This document shows positions 7,415 to 15,887 of a stretch of DNA of 25,853 bases, one piece after another. Below the pieces are notes generated by a model. The model was not told the DNA's origin. It worked only from the letters and a program-made list of their open reading frames with translations, and did not search any database. The translations under genes were made by a program, and so were the position numbers. Position 1 is the stretch's first letter, and each line of letters begins with the position of its first letter. Where the stretch lies: positions 1 through 25,853 of the IMG/VR virus record IMGVR_UViG_3300009703_001920; one strand, 5' to 3'. The DNA is from a virus. Lineage: Duplodnaviria > Caudoviricetes.

Positions 7415-9316
7415 ATGACAAAGAAAACAAAGAAACAAGAAGACGAGATTAAGCCAATGATGACTAGCTTTGCGGCTTCGCCTTATACTACTCTTGATAA
7501 CCAATCCACTAGGAGCAGGAGGAATGTTGGAGGTCAAATAGAACGAACCAACAGGTTTGAAAATATTGATAATGGCTTAGTTCCTTATAAATACACAAAA
7601 GGAGTAAATAATAAAAGCTCTCTTGATGTTAGGGATGTAGTGATTCTTTGTCAAAAAGCTTATTATAATTTTGCTGTCTTTAGGAATGTCATCGACCTAA
7701 TGACAGAATTCTCCTCCACTAATCTTTACTTTACAGGAGGCAGTCAAAAATCAAGAGACTTCTTAGATGCTTTATTTAAGAAGATTGATATGCAAAGTTT
7801 TCTTGATAAATTTTTTAGAGAATATTATAGATCTGGAAATTGTTTCATTCATAGATTTGACACTAAAATTCAACCAGATGACTTAAAAAGAATTACCCAA
7901 ACTTACGGCGGAAGCAAGCTAACTTCAATTGCTGAAGAAAGCAAGCTGCCCTCTAGATACATTATTTTAAATCCTGCTGACATTCAAATGGGAGGAAATA
8001 TATCTTTCTTTTCTGGTCAGTATTATAAAATATTGACGGACTATGAGCTAGAAAGAATTAGAAATCCAAAAACAGAAGAGGACAAAGAAGTATATGATTC
8101 ACTTGATCCAGCAACAAAGAAGAGTCTGCAAGGAAAGAATGTTGGAATTATTTCTTTGAAATTAAATCCCGACAAAGTAACGCCAGTATTTTATAAAAAA
8201 CAAGATTACGAGCCCTTTGCTGTGCCTATGGGCTATCCGGTTCTAGAGGATATAAACTGGAAGTCAGAGATGAAGAAGATGGACATGGCTTTGACTCGTA
8301 CTACAAATCAAGCTATTTTGTTGATAACAATGGGCTCAGAACTTAAGGATGGTAGTTTGAACATTAACCAAAGAAGTATTGAGACTATGCAGAAGCTTTT
8401 TGAGAATCAATCTGTTGGTAAGGTTCTTGTTTCTGACTATACCACCGAAGCTAAATTTGTTCTTCCGGACATAGCAGGTATACTTGATCCTAAAAAATAC
8501 AGTGTTGTAAATCAAGACATTCAAATGGGTCTCAACAATATTTTAGTTGGGGAAGATAAGTTTGCTAATACCAGCATTAAGATACAGGTATTTATTGAAA
8601 GACTTAAGCAAGGAAGAGATGCCTTTATTAATCAGTTTTTAAATCATGAGATTAAACGTATTTGTAAATCTCTAGGTTTTAAAAATTATCCTAAAGCTAA
8701 CTTCCAAGAGATCGAACTTAAAGATAAGACGACTTGGAATAGAGTTGTAGCTCAGCTGATTCAATATGGTATCCTTACTGCTGAAGAAGGTCTTCAAGCT
8801 ATAAGTTCAGGTAGACTTCCAGAACCTGAAGAGTCTTTAGAATCTCAAAAGAGATTTAGAGAGCTTAAAGACCAAGGTTTTTATTCTCCTCTTCTAGGGG
8901 GTGGCGGAGCTGGAGCACCGACTCCAGCAGGTAGGCCTGACGGGTCTACATCTCCCCAGACTACCAAAAAGGTTTCTCCTATTGGAGAAAATACTTCTGG
9001 CTCTCAGAAATTTAGCGTGGACAAAATAAAACAGAATTTAGCATTAGCTGAAAAGTTAGAAGCAGAGATTCAAGAGAAGCTTAAACTAAAATATGATAAT
9101 AAAAGAGTAACAAATAAAATTAAAACTCTTTCTTCTGAATTATGTAAAATAGTTATTGCCAATGAGTCATCTGATAAATGGTTAGATAAAGCTGCTGAAT
9201 ATATTAATAACCCAACAGATACAAATGCAGAAGTTGTTAAAGAAATACAAAGTATAGCAATGGAGCATCAAGTTGATGAGTATTTAGCAAGTTTATTATA
9301 TGCAAGTAAGGTTTAA
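7415..9316 (+). CDS. Portal protein with a C-terminal extension
   Basis: Located after terL. Contains FRNVIDLMTEFS, FFREYYRSGNCF and a late Gly/Pro-rich GGGGAGAPTPAGRP segment typical of portal C-termini. 633 aa. Confidence 0.8.
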   Translation: MTKKTKKQEDEIKPMMTSFAASPYTTLDNQSTRSRRNVGGQIERTNRFENIDNGLVPYKYTKGVNNKSSLDVRDVVILCQKAYYNFAVFRNVIDLMTEFSSTNLYFTGGSQKSRDFLDALFKKIDMQSFLDKFFREYYRSGNCFIHRFDTKIQPDDLKRITQTYGGSKLTSIAEESKLPSRYIILNPADIQMGGNISFFSGQYYKILTDYELERIRNPKTEEDKEVYDSLDPATKKSLQGKNVGIISLKLNPDKVTPVFYKKQDYEPFAVPMGYPVLEDINWKSEMKKMDMALTRTTNQAILLITMGSELKDGSLNINQRSIETMQKLFENQSVGKVLVSDYTTEAKFVLPDIAGILDPKKYSVVNQDIQMGLNNILVGEDKFANTSIKIQVFIERLKQGRDAFINQFLNHEIKRICKSLGFKNYPKANFQEIELKDKTTWNRVVAQLIQYGILTAEEGLQAISSGRLPEPEESLESQKRFRELKDQGFYSPLLGGGGAGAPTPAGRPDGSTSPQTTKKVSPIGENTSGSQKFSVDKIKQNLALAEKLEAEIQEKLKLKYDNKRVTNKIKTLSSELCKIVIANESSDKWLDKAAEYINNPTDTNAEVVKEIQSIAMEHQVDEYLASLLYASKV

Positions 9317-9319
9317 AAC

Positions 9320-10480
9320 ATGAGTGAAAATCAAGAAAATATTCAAGACGTAAATCAGTACTTTGGTGCTGCAGAGATAGATGTAATGGTTCCGGATATT
9401 CCTTTACCTCCAGAGCCAGAAGAAAAGAAAGAAGTTAAGGACGAAGTAGACGGAGCGTTTAAATTTGCCTTTATCGGTGCTGGGCAAGGTGGCTCTAGAA
9501 TTGCTGAAAGCTTTCATAAATTAGGATACAGAAAAATCGGTATCGTCAATACTGCTCAACAAGATCTCAACTCTATAAACGTAGAGAACAAGCTTTGTAT
9601 TGGTGCTGGTGGAGCAGGTAAAGATAGAAGTGTTGCAGCTAAATGTTTTGAAGAAAGAAGAGATGATGTTCTTGATTTTATGCGTCGTTCTTTTGGGGAA
9701 GATGTAGATAGAATCTTTGTTTGTGCTGGGGCTGGAGGAGGATCTGGTGCAGGTACCTTAGTTCCTTTGGTTAAGACCGCTCAGGAGCTTCAAGAGACAA
9801 TTAAATCTGGCTCTAAAAAGGTTGGGGTTATTTTGGCCTTACCTAAGTATTCTGAGGGCAGGAAAGTAAACGCTAATGCTTATAACACTTTGAAAGAAGC
9901 TTGCGAGTTAGTTAATCAGGGTGTTGTGTCTCCTCTTGTTATCATTGATAACGAAAAGACAAGTAAGTTGTATTCTAATGTGTCTGTTTCTAATTTTTGG
10001 CAAACAGCTAATATGAGCACGGCTGGAGTATTTCATCTATTTAACATGACAGCTTCAAAAGATAGCTCTTATTCTTCTTTTGATTCTAGTGACTACAAAA
10101 ATGTTCTAGATTCTGGTATTACTATCTTTGGGGCTACACCAGTTCCTAAGTGGGATGATCCTGTAAGTATTTCTAGAGCTGTCAGAAGCATCGCTCAGAG
10201 CGGTAGTATGTCAGGAGGTATAGATGTATCTACAGCTAATTCAGCTGGAGCTATCCTTATAGGAGGTAAAGAGGTATTGGATAATATTCCACAATCTAGT
10301 CTTGATGAAGCTTTTGATCAATTAACTAGAATTCTTAGGTCTGGAAGTGTAGTACATAGAGGGATATACAGTGGTGATAAAAATAACCTTACTGTGTTTA
10401 CAATTATTGGTGGTATAGCGACTCCAGAAGAGAAGCTAAAAGAGCTAATGAAACTAGGAGATTTAGACAAAGCAGTTTAA
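9320..10480 (+). CDS. Tubulin/FtsZ-family GTPase (PhuZ/TubZ-like)
   Basis: T1 FIGAGQGGSRIA, T2 VNTA..D, T3 GAGKD, T4 signature GAGGGSGAG, T5 LP..SEG, T6 IIDN, T7-like SFDSSDYKNVL. Confidence 0.92.
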   Translation: MSENQENIQDVNQYFGAAEIDVMVPDIPLPPEPEEKKEVKDEVDGAFKFAFIGAGQGGSRIAESFHKLGYRKIGIVNTAQQDLNSINVENKLCIGAGGAGKDRSVAAKCFEERRDDVLDFMRRSFGEDVDRIFVCAGAGGGSGAGTLVPLVKTAQELQETIKSGSKKVGVILALPKYSEGRKVNANAYNTLKEACELVNQGVVSPLVIIDNEKTSKLYSNVSVSNFWQTANMSTAGVFHLFNMTASKDSSYSSFDSSDYKNVLDSGITIFGATPVPKWDDPVSISRAVRSIAQSGSMSGGIDVSTANSAGAILIGGKEVLDNIPQSSLDEAFDQLTRILRSGSVVHRGIYSGDKNNLTVFTIIGGIATPEEKLKELMKLGDLDKAV

Positions 10481-10509
10481 AAATAAAATTTCCATAATGG
10501 AAAAATTCA

Positions 10510-10533
10510 ATGTAATTGATTGTATAATAGGAG
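10510..10533 (+). promoter_or_regulatory. Putative promoter motifs (ATGTAATT, TTGTATAAT) and SD AGGAG
   Basis: Two variants of the recurrent motif at 10510 and 10520. AGGAG at 10529-10533 precedes the ATG at 10543. Confidence 0.5.
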
Positions 10534-10542
10534 AAATTTAAA

Positions 10543-11169
10543 ATGGCAGTAGGAGACTCAGTAAGAAACGTATTCATGCTTTCCGCCAACTCGCCCGCTG
10601 GAGGCGCAGACGACGGAGGCAGCAAGTTAACCTTCCTCACCAGTGGTGCAGGAGCAGGTAAAATCAAATTCATGGGTGCTGGCGCAGCAATTAAGTCAGC
10701 AACTGATGTAGCTAAAGCAACCGATGTAACAGGTATTGTAATTCCTTTACATGGTGAAACTTTAGAGTCAGTTGGCGCGACAGAATATACTCACGGCCCA
10801 TTGAATATAGTCGGTGACCCAACCGTATCGGACTACTCTTTGACCTCTGGTGATCTATTTGATAACGCAGGAAACGAAGTCCACGGTGGAGCTCAAAAAT
10901 TTGTAAACGCTGTTCTTGACGGAGCTTTTAGAGCTTACACTTCAGGTGTTGATCAAGGTAGCGGTATTAGCAGCATGACAGTGAGTAGGGGAGACTTAAG
11001 TCTGTCTAATACTTCAGTTACTGATGGAACCGGTATTGTTAATACTTATACCAGATCTTATACAGTGAACTTCAAATATTATCAATCTGGAGTTATCCAA
11101 CAAGGCGATAATGACACCGCTGCAAGACCTGATATTGCAACAGATGGTTCTGATGGCGTTCCGTTCTAA
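10543..11169 (+). CDS. Hypothetical protein, probably an abundant virion structural protein
   Basis: 208 aa, G/A/S/T/D-rich, with no Cys or Trp. Strong SD, its own upstream motif and a downstream terminator. Confidence 0.65.
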   Translation: MAVGDSVRNVFMLSANSPAGGADDGGSKLTFLTSGAGAGKIKFMGAGAAIKSATDVAKATDVTGIVIPLHGETLESVGATEYTHGPLNIVGDPTVSDYSLTSGDLFDNAGNEVHGGAQKFVNAVLDGAFRAYTSGVDQGSGISSMTVSRGDLSLSNTSVTDGTGIVNTYTRSYTVNFKYYQSGVIQQGDNDTAARPDIATDGSDGVPF

Positions 11170-11195
11170 GTCTGATCGCTAATATTTCTCTATTG

Positions 11196-11225
11196 ACCCC
11201 CCAATAAATTTGGGGGGTTTTTTTT
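11196..11225 (+). terminator. Rho-independent terminator
   Basis: Stem ACCCCCCAA / TTGGGGGGT with a TAAAT loop, followed by a long T tract. Confidence 0.9.
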
Positions 11226-11250
11226 ATTTTTTTTATAAGTTTTTTAAAAA

Positions 11251-11268
11251 TAAGTGTATAAACACTTA
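11251..11268 (+). promoter_or_regulatory. Putative promoter motif GTGTATAA within the inverted repeat TAAGTGT-ATAA-ACACTTA
   Basis: Directly after the terminator. The motif starts at 11254, 24 nt before the ATG at 11278. Confidence 0.55.
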
Positions 11269-11277
11269 GGTAACTTA

Positions 11278-11730
11278 ATGCAATCTTATAGTAAAATGAT
11301 GTCTCTTGATGTAGAATACTCCTATGGGAAAAGACTTACTCCGATATCCGGAGATGATAACGCCGCAATGGAGTTCTCAAGTAAAGTCATGGAACTCTTA
11401 ACTAGCAAAGCAAACGAACACAATTATACCACCGAACAGGAAGTTACTTCTGAAAAATTAAAAGAAATTTTTATAAAGAACTTTTCTGAATCTTTGCAGA
11501 CAACACAGGCACTAGCCTCTGTAAATACTTTCTTACAAACTTGTTCTGCTGGAGTTGTAGATGACGGAGATCACTTTGAGCCCTCTATGGAAGAAATAAA
11601 AGAAGCGGAGCGAGAAGTGAAGAGACACAACTTAAGTAATTACGACTTTAGAGATGTAGATGATTTATACTTTCAAAGTGATGAACAAGCTAGAGCAGAA
11701 GCAAAAGAATGGATAAATAGTGTAATATAA
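11278..11730 (+). CDS. Hypothetical phage protein
   Basis: Acidic ORF. ATG 11278 is preferred because the ORF-track GTG at 11254 is part of the promoter-like motif. Weak resemblance (LTSKANEHN..VT...LKEIF...ALASVNTFL) to small helical domains in phage head modules. Confidence 0.65.
   Translation: MQSYSKMMSLDVEYSYGKRLTPISGDDNAAMEFSSKVMELLTSKANEHNYTTEQEVTSEKLKEIFIKNFSESLQTTQALASVNTFLQTCSAGVVDDGDHFEPSMEEIKEAEREVKRHNLSNYDFRDVDDLYFQSDEQARAEAKEWINSVI
11712..11727 (+). promoter_or_regulatory. Putative late promoter GATAAATAGTGTAAT
   Basis: 15-mer identical to 15864-15878. It is followed by AAGGA and the ATG at 11749. Confidence 0.6.
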
Positions 11731-11748
11731 AAATAAGGATAATTTAAA

Positions 11749-12042
11749 ATGGCTAGATCAACTAATTCTCAACAAACTCAAGGAGTACCTTCTGTATCAA
11801 GGACAGCCAATAAAACAGGGGCTGGCGCGGTAGTCGCAGCAAGCAGCGGTGATACTATTGTTATAACAGATATACTAGCCTCGGCGGCTACAACACTAAG
11901 TACTTCGGCCGCAGGAGCAGACACTATTATTGCATACGCTCCGGCTGGTGGAACAAATTTAAACCAAGGTATTCAAGTACCAACTAGTTCTGGTGTCTAC
12001 AGTAGCGCCGGTAACGTAACAATGAACTATTATATAATCTGA
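11749..12042 (+). CDS. Small beta-rich virion structural protein (hypothetical)
   Basis: 97 aa, A/S/T/G-rich. TGATG overlap with the protease gene. Confidence 0.65.
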   Translation: MARSTNSQQTQGVPSVSRTANKTGAGAVVAASSGDTIVITDILASAATTLSTSAAGADTIIAYAPAGGTNLNQGIQVPTSSGVYSSAGNVTMNYYII

Positions 12043-13520
12043 TGAAATATACAACTATTTTCAGCTCAAATGTAAGGCCTGTAGTATCTGAAGAAAAAGA
12101 TAAGTATTTAGCTTTAGCTTCTGCTATTGAGGTAGCTCAGTTCGTCCCTGAGGTTGATGAAAAACAAGTAGATCTTTTACCAATAGCTTTTAATGCATTT
12201 GTTGCTAATAGAGTTAATAAGAATGGCGATGTAGTTGATACTGATACAGCCATGGCCTTTTATAAAGATTTCAAAAACAAGCCAATTAATATTGAGCATA
12301 ATAGAGATAGAGTTATTGGTACTATTTTAACTGCTGGATTTTCTGAATTTGGTACTGACAAACCCTTAACAGAAGAACAGGTTCAAGAAATTAAAGGGCC
12401 ATTTAATGTTACTTTAGGTGGTGTGATCTGGAAGGTAGTCAACCAAAGAGTAGCAGATCTTATTGAAGAGTCAGCTGACCCAAGTAGTAACGACTATATG
12501 AAAATTAGTGCTAGTTGGGAATTAGGTTTTAAAGATTATAATTTAGTGCTTTTAGAAGGAAGTGATAAGAACATAGAGAATGGGCTAATCGTTGATAATG
12601 TAGACGAAGTTGCATCTATGGAAAAAGATTTAAAAGCTTTAGGGGGAGAGGGTAAGACTAGAGATGGAATGTTTGTTTACAGAAAAGTTGTAGGCGATGT
12701 TGTTCCCCTTGGTATAGGTCTTACTGAGACCCCTGCTGCCGACGTTGTAGGTGTTTCTACTAAAGATACAGTAGAAAAAGAAGTCGAGCAAGAAAAAGAC
12801 ACTTTTGCTGAAGTAGAGACTGAACCAGTTAATGCTTCACAAATAACAGAAAATAATGTAATAACCCAAAACGAGGAGTTTGAAATTATGAAAATAGAAA
12901 GTATTAAAGACATCACGAATGAGTCTTTGAAGGAGCTTTCTGCCTCGGCTGTTTCTGATTTTATCGAATCGGAACTCAAGGAAGCTTCCGAGAGATTTTC
13001 AGCCGAAAAGGAAAAGGTGGAAGCAAATCTCAAAGAAGCTCAAGAGAAGATCGAGTCCATTAACTTGGATTATGATAAAGTCAAAGCAGAACTCGAGTCT
13101 GTCAGCGAAAAGCTTACCGATCTTGAAGCCGAAAAAGCGGAAAAAGAATCCGAAGAGTTGTTCTCTCAGAGAATGGCCTCTTTAGACGAAAGATTCGCCT
13201 TGGAAGCAGAGGATCGTGAAGTTCTTGCAGGTCAGATCAAAGAATTGGACGCAGAAGGCTGGGATGCCTTTGCTAAGAACATTGAAGTTCTGCTAAGAGA
13301 CAAGTCAAGAGAAGTCTTGGCTAAGAAGGAAGACGAAGCTTCTAAAGAAGCTGAAGTTGAAGAAGAAAGTAAAGCTTCCGAGGAAGTTGTGGAAGACGCT
13401 ATTGATAGAGGCGAACAAGATACTGATGTTGTTCCAGCTTCTACTCAGGCTTCTGAAGGATCTACCTACGACAAGTACAAAAATGCTTTCGAGATTGATC
13501 AATTTGATATTAGTTACTAA
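12042..13520 (+). CDS. Prohead (capsid maturation) protease fused to a C-terminal scaffold-like coiled coil
   Basis: NKNGD, PINIEHNR (His) and ISASWELGF (Ser) are protease-like motifs. The C-terminal 210 aa form an acidic E/K-rich coiled coil. Located upstream of the capsid genes. Confidence 0.8.
   Translation: MKYTTIFSSNVRPVVSEEKDKYLALASAIEVAQFVPEVDEKQVDLLPIAFNAFVANRVNKNGDVVDTDTAMAFYKDFKNKPINIEHNRDRVIGTILTAGFSEFGTDKPLTEEQVQEIKGPFNVTLGGVIWKVVNQRVADLIEESADPSSNDYMKISASWELGFKDYNLVLLEGSDKNIENGLIVDNVDEVASMEKDLKALGGEGKTRDGMFVYRKVVGDVVPLGIGLTETPAADVVGVSTKDTVEKEVEQEKDTFAEVETEPVNASQITENNVITQNEEFEIMKIESIKDITNESLKELSASAVSDFIESELKEASERFSAEKEKVEANLKEAQEKIESINLDYDKVKAELESVSEKLTDLEAEKAEKESEELFSQRMASLDERFALEAEDREVLAGQIKELDAEGWDAFAKNIEVLLRDKSREVLAKKEDEASKEAEVEEESKASEEVVEDAIDRGEQDTDVVPASTQASEGSTYDKYKNAFEIDQFDISY
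12888..13520 (+). CDS. Nested in-frame scaffolding protein (internal start in the protease gene)
   Basis: In-frame ATG at 12888 (Met283, MKIESIKDIT) with SD GAGGAG at 12873-12878 and a TGTAATAA motif at 12857. Confidence 0.65.
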   Translation: MKIESIKDITNESLKELSASAVSDFIESELKEASERFSAEKEKVEANLKEAQEKIESINLDYDKVKAELESVSEKLTDLEAEKAEKESEELFSQRMASLDERFALEAEDREVLAGQIKELDAEGWDAFAKNIEVLLRDKSREVLAKKEDEASKEAEVEEESKASEEVVEDAIDRGEQDTDVVPASTQASEGSTYDKYKNAFEIDQFDISY

Positions 13521-13543
13521 TATAAAAAGGAAAATAAAATATT

Positions 13544-14185
13544 ATGGCAGCGTTTGTTAAAAACACTCAACGGCTAAAGCCTTTTAGGCAACACGCCGAA
13601 ACGGACGTCGTAAATCTTTTTGCCCTCAAAGACGATGATGGTGATGTAATCGCTTCTCACTCGGCCCTCGCTACAGATGGTGCCAAGTTGAACAAGGGAT
13701 TGCTCGTATCTGTCAAAGATGGCTGGAAGAATACTGACGATCCTGTAAACAAGACTGGTATCGGTAACGCCGGTGCCTCTTACACGAACACGGTATCATT
13801 CCGTTATGGCGCAGCTGCGTCAGTGGAGCCTTGCGCTTCGGGTACTCAACCTCTTGGCCTTACTCTTTTCGACGTCGCTGAAGTCGATGAGAATGGTGAG
13901 AAGTTGATTTACAACCCTCGCAAAGCCGCTGAAATGCAGGCTGTGGTTAGTGGTCAGGCAGTTCCTGTTTTGACCAAGGGTATTGTTCTTTACAGTGGAA
14001 ATCTTACTAGTGGTGGAGCCGATTCTGTAACGGCTGGTACTAAGATCTACGCCGATGCGCTTTATGATGGAGAGCTTAGCTCTTCTTCTACTGAAAGCAC
14101 TGGTGGCGCAGCTCAAACACTGGTTGGTTCTGCTCTCGGGGCAGTTGACGAAGACGGTTTCATTCTGTTGAAGATTGATCTATAA
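13544..14185 (+). CDS. Capsid decoration/cement protein (putative)
   Basis: Lies between the scaffold and the major capsid gene. Contains PLGLTL.DV...DENGEKL, GQAVPVLTKG and a terminal VG..LG..DEDGFILLKIDL typical of such proteins. SD AAGGA. Confidence 0.7.
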   Translation: MAAFVKNTQRLKPFRQHAETDVVNLFALKDDDGDVIASHSALATDGAKLNKGLLVSVKDGWKNTDDPVNKTGIGNAGASYTNTVSFRYGAAASVEPCASGTQPLGLTLFDVAEVDENGEKLIYNPRKAAEMQAVVSGQAVPVLTKGIVLYSGNLTSGGADSVTAGTKIYADALYDGELSSSSTESTGGAAQTLVGSALGAVDEDGFILLKIDL

Positions 14186-14213
14186 TTTTAATTAGAAAGG
14201 AGATTTAATAATA

Positions 14214-15374
14214 ATGAGACTTAAATTGAAAAACACCCCAGAGCAAGTCGAACTCATCAAAGCGATGGGCTCTAAGAACTCGCTCGTAGCTCGTGAAGCT
14301 TCTGAAGCTTTCGCAGCTTTCCTCGGCCCTGTTGTGCAGAGAGTTCTGCAGCAGGCCGCTACGGCTGGAGCAATCTATACTGATGCTCCATTTAATCAAG
14401 ATGAAGGAGCTAGCTATCCTCTTGACCTTTACTACAACGAAACCAATGATGGTTACGTAAGCGTATGGTCTCAAAACGTTGCTGGTGGTCTTCCAACTTC
14501 GCAGGATGTATCCGCGATTCAAGAGTTGAAGATTGCTACTTATCGTTTGGATGCTGCTGTTTCTATCACGAAGAAGTATGCCAGACAAGCAAGACTTGAT
14601 GTTGTAAGCAAGCTAATTGAGCGTATGTCTCAAGAGGTTCTACTTAAGCAGGAAAGAAATGCTTGGGCTGTGGCTTTGAACGCTTTGGCTAATGCTACCA
14701 CTAGCTCTGTTACCGCCAGCTCTGTTGGCATTACAAGCTTGAAGGCTGGCTCTCATGTCATTCCAGCGTACAATCAGAATAGATTCCAGTTGCAGGACTT
14801 GAATAAGTTGATGACTCTTAATAAGAGAATCAATCAGTCTTGGGCCGCTGGTACTACTGATGCAGCTTACAGTAACGGCATTACAGACTTGTATGTTAGC
14901 CCTGAGATTAAGGAACAGATCCGTGCTTTCGCTTATCAGCCAATGAACACTGTTCAGGCTACAAGTGGTCAGACTTCTATTCCTCTTCCTGATAGCATCA
15001 GAACTGACGTGTTCAATTCTGCTGGTATGCAAGAGATCTACGGTGTTAACATCGTTGAGCTTAATGAGCTTGGAGTCGGCCAGAAGTACAATACTCTGTT
15101 TGACGAGTTTGACAGCGGTAACGTTGGTCCTCACTCCTCTGCAGGTCAAGCTACTTCCTTCTCTGGCAGTTCTATGGAACTTGCTGTTGGTGTTGATAAT
15201 AGCAAGGGTGCGTTTGTTCGCGCTATTGCTCAGGAGTCAGACACAGGTGATACTTTCACTACTACTCCAGACGATCAATTCACCCAGAGAAACGAGAGAA
15301 TCGGTTTCTACGGTTCTTTGGAAGAAGGTCGCGTCTGCATCGACTCACGCGCTATCGTTGGACTTACCGTCTAA
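14214..15374 (+). CDS. Major capsid protein (HK97-like fold expected)
   Basis: 386 aa, strong SD AAAGGAG, followed by a strong terminator. Terminal RIGFYGSLEEGRVCIDSRAIVGL is typical of major capsid proteins. Canonical position in the module. Confidence 0.85.
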   Translation: MRLKLKNTPEQVELIKAMGSKNSLVAREASEAFAAFLGPVVQRVLQQAATAGAIYTDAPFNQDEGASYPLDLYYNETNDGYVSVWSQNVAGGLPTSQDVSAIQELKIATYRLDAAVSITKKYARQARLDVVSKLIERMSQEVLLKQERNAWAVALNALANATTSSVTASSVGITSLKAGSHVIPAYNQNRFQLQDLNKLMTLNKRINQSWAAGTTDAAYSNGITDLYVSPEIKEQIRAFAYQPMNTVQATSGQTSIPLPDSIRTDVFNSAGMQEIYGVNIVELNELGVGQKYNTLFDEFDSGNVGPHSSAGQATSFSGSSMELAVGVDNSKGAFVRAIAQESDTGDTFTTTPDDQFTQRNERIGFYGSLEEGRVCIDSRAIVGLTV

Positions 15375-15397
15375 TTTTAGAGCATAAATATATAACG

Positions 15398-15423
15398 AAG
15401 CCCCCGGAAACGGGGGCTTTTTT
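15398..15423 (+). terminator. Rho-independent terminator
   Basis: AAGCCCCCG-GAAA-CGGGGGCTT hairpin (GNRA loop) followed by a T tract. Confidence 0.93.
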
Positions 15424-15445
15424 ATTTCGTTTTTTAAGGGATTTT

Positions 15446-15453
15446 GTGTATAA
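15446..15453 (+). promoter_or_regulatory. Putative promoter motif GTGTATAA
   Basis: Just downstream of the terminator and upstream of AAGGA and the ATG at 15482. Confidence 0.55.
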
Positions 15454-15481
15454 CTAATTATAACGGTTAAAGGATTAAGTT

Positions 15482-15868
15482 ATGGCAGCGAAAAGAAAAT
15501 CAACAGCTAAAAGTAAGAAAGTCTCTAAGAATTCTAAAGAAATGATTCAAACTCATGCTATGGAAGAAAAGGAGACTTATTCAAAGACAACTCTAGATCA
15601 AATTTGGGGAGATACTGGTTTTTCTAAATACGGGACCTTAGAAGAAGATAAGTATATTTCACAAATCAAAGGTTTGAATAAGACAGACTTGCATGCACAT
15701 GCAGTAAAGATGGGGATACTCCCTGTAGACAATAGAGAGCTCCTCACCAACAGACTAGTTAGAGAGTTTAAAAAGCATGCTCTTGCTTATAAGAAACCTA
15801 AACCATCTAATAAGAAAACTGTAGAGCCATCTGATACAGCTAAGTCTATCTTAGCGGAAGGAAGATAA
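15482..15868 (+). CDS. Hypothetical basic protein
   Basis: 128 aa with a Lys-rich N-terminus and SD AAGGA. First gene after the capsid terminator. Confidence 0.7.
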   Translation: MAAKRKSTAKSKKVSKNSKEMIQTHAMEEKETYSKTTLDQIWGDTGFSKYGTLEEDKYISQIKGLNKTDLHAHAVKMGILPVDNRELLTNRLVREFKKHALAYKKPKPSNKKTVEPSDTAKSILAEGR

Positions 15869-15879
15869 ATAGTGTAATT
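15864..15879 (+). promoter_or_regulatory. Putative late promoter GATAAATAGTGTAAT
   Basis: Identical 15-mer at 11712. GTGTAA starts 16 nt before the ATG at 15888, and no SD is visible. Confidence 0.6.
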
Positions 15880-15887
15880 ATGTCTAT

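Noticed and set aside
9320-10480. Calling the tubulin-family gene a cellular ftsZ, and the window a bacterial chromosome
   Set aside because: There is no dcw cluster context and no FtsZ C-terminal linker or core peptide, and it is flanked by portal and capsid genes.
12677-15387. Antisense and overlapping ORFs across the scaffold, decoration and capsid genes (12677, 13305, 13357, 13820, 14205, 14640, 14965)
   Set aside because: They overlap well-supported + strand genes almost entirely, have no recognisable motifs, and are expected by-products of codon bias.
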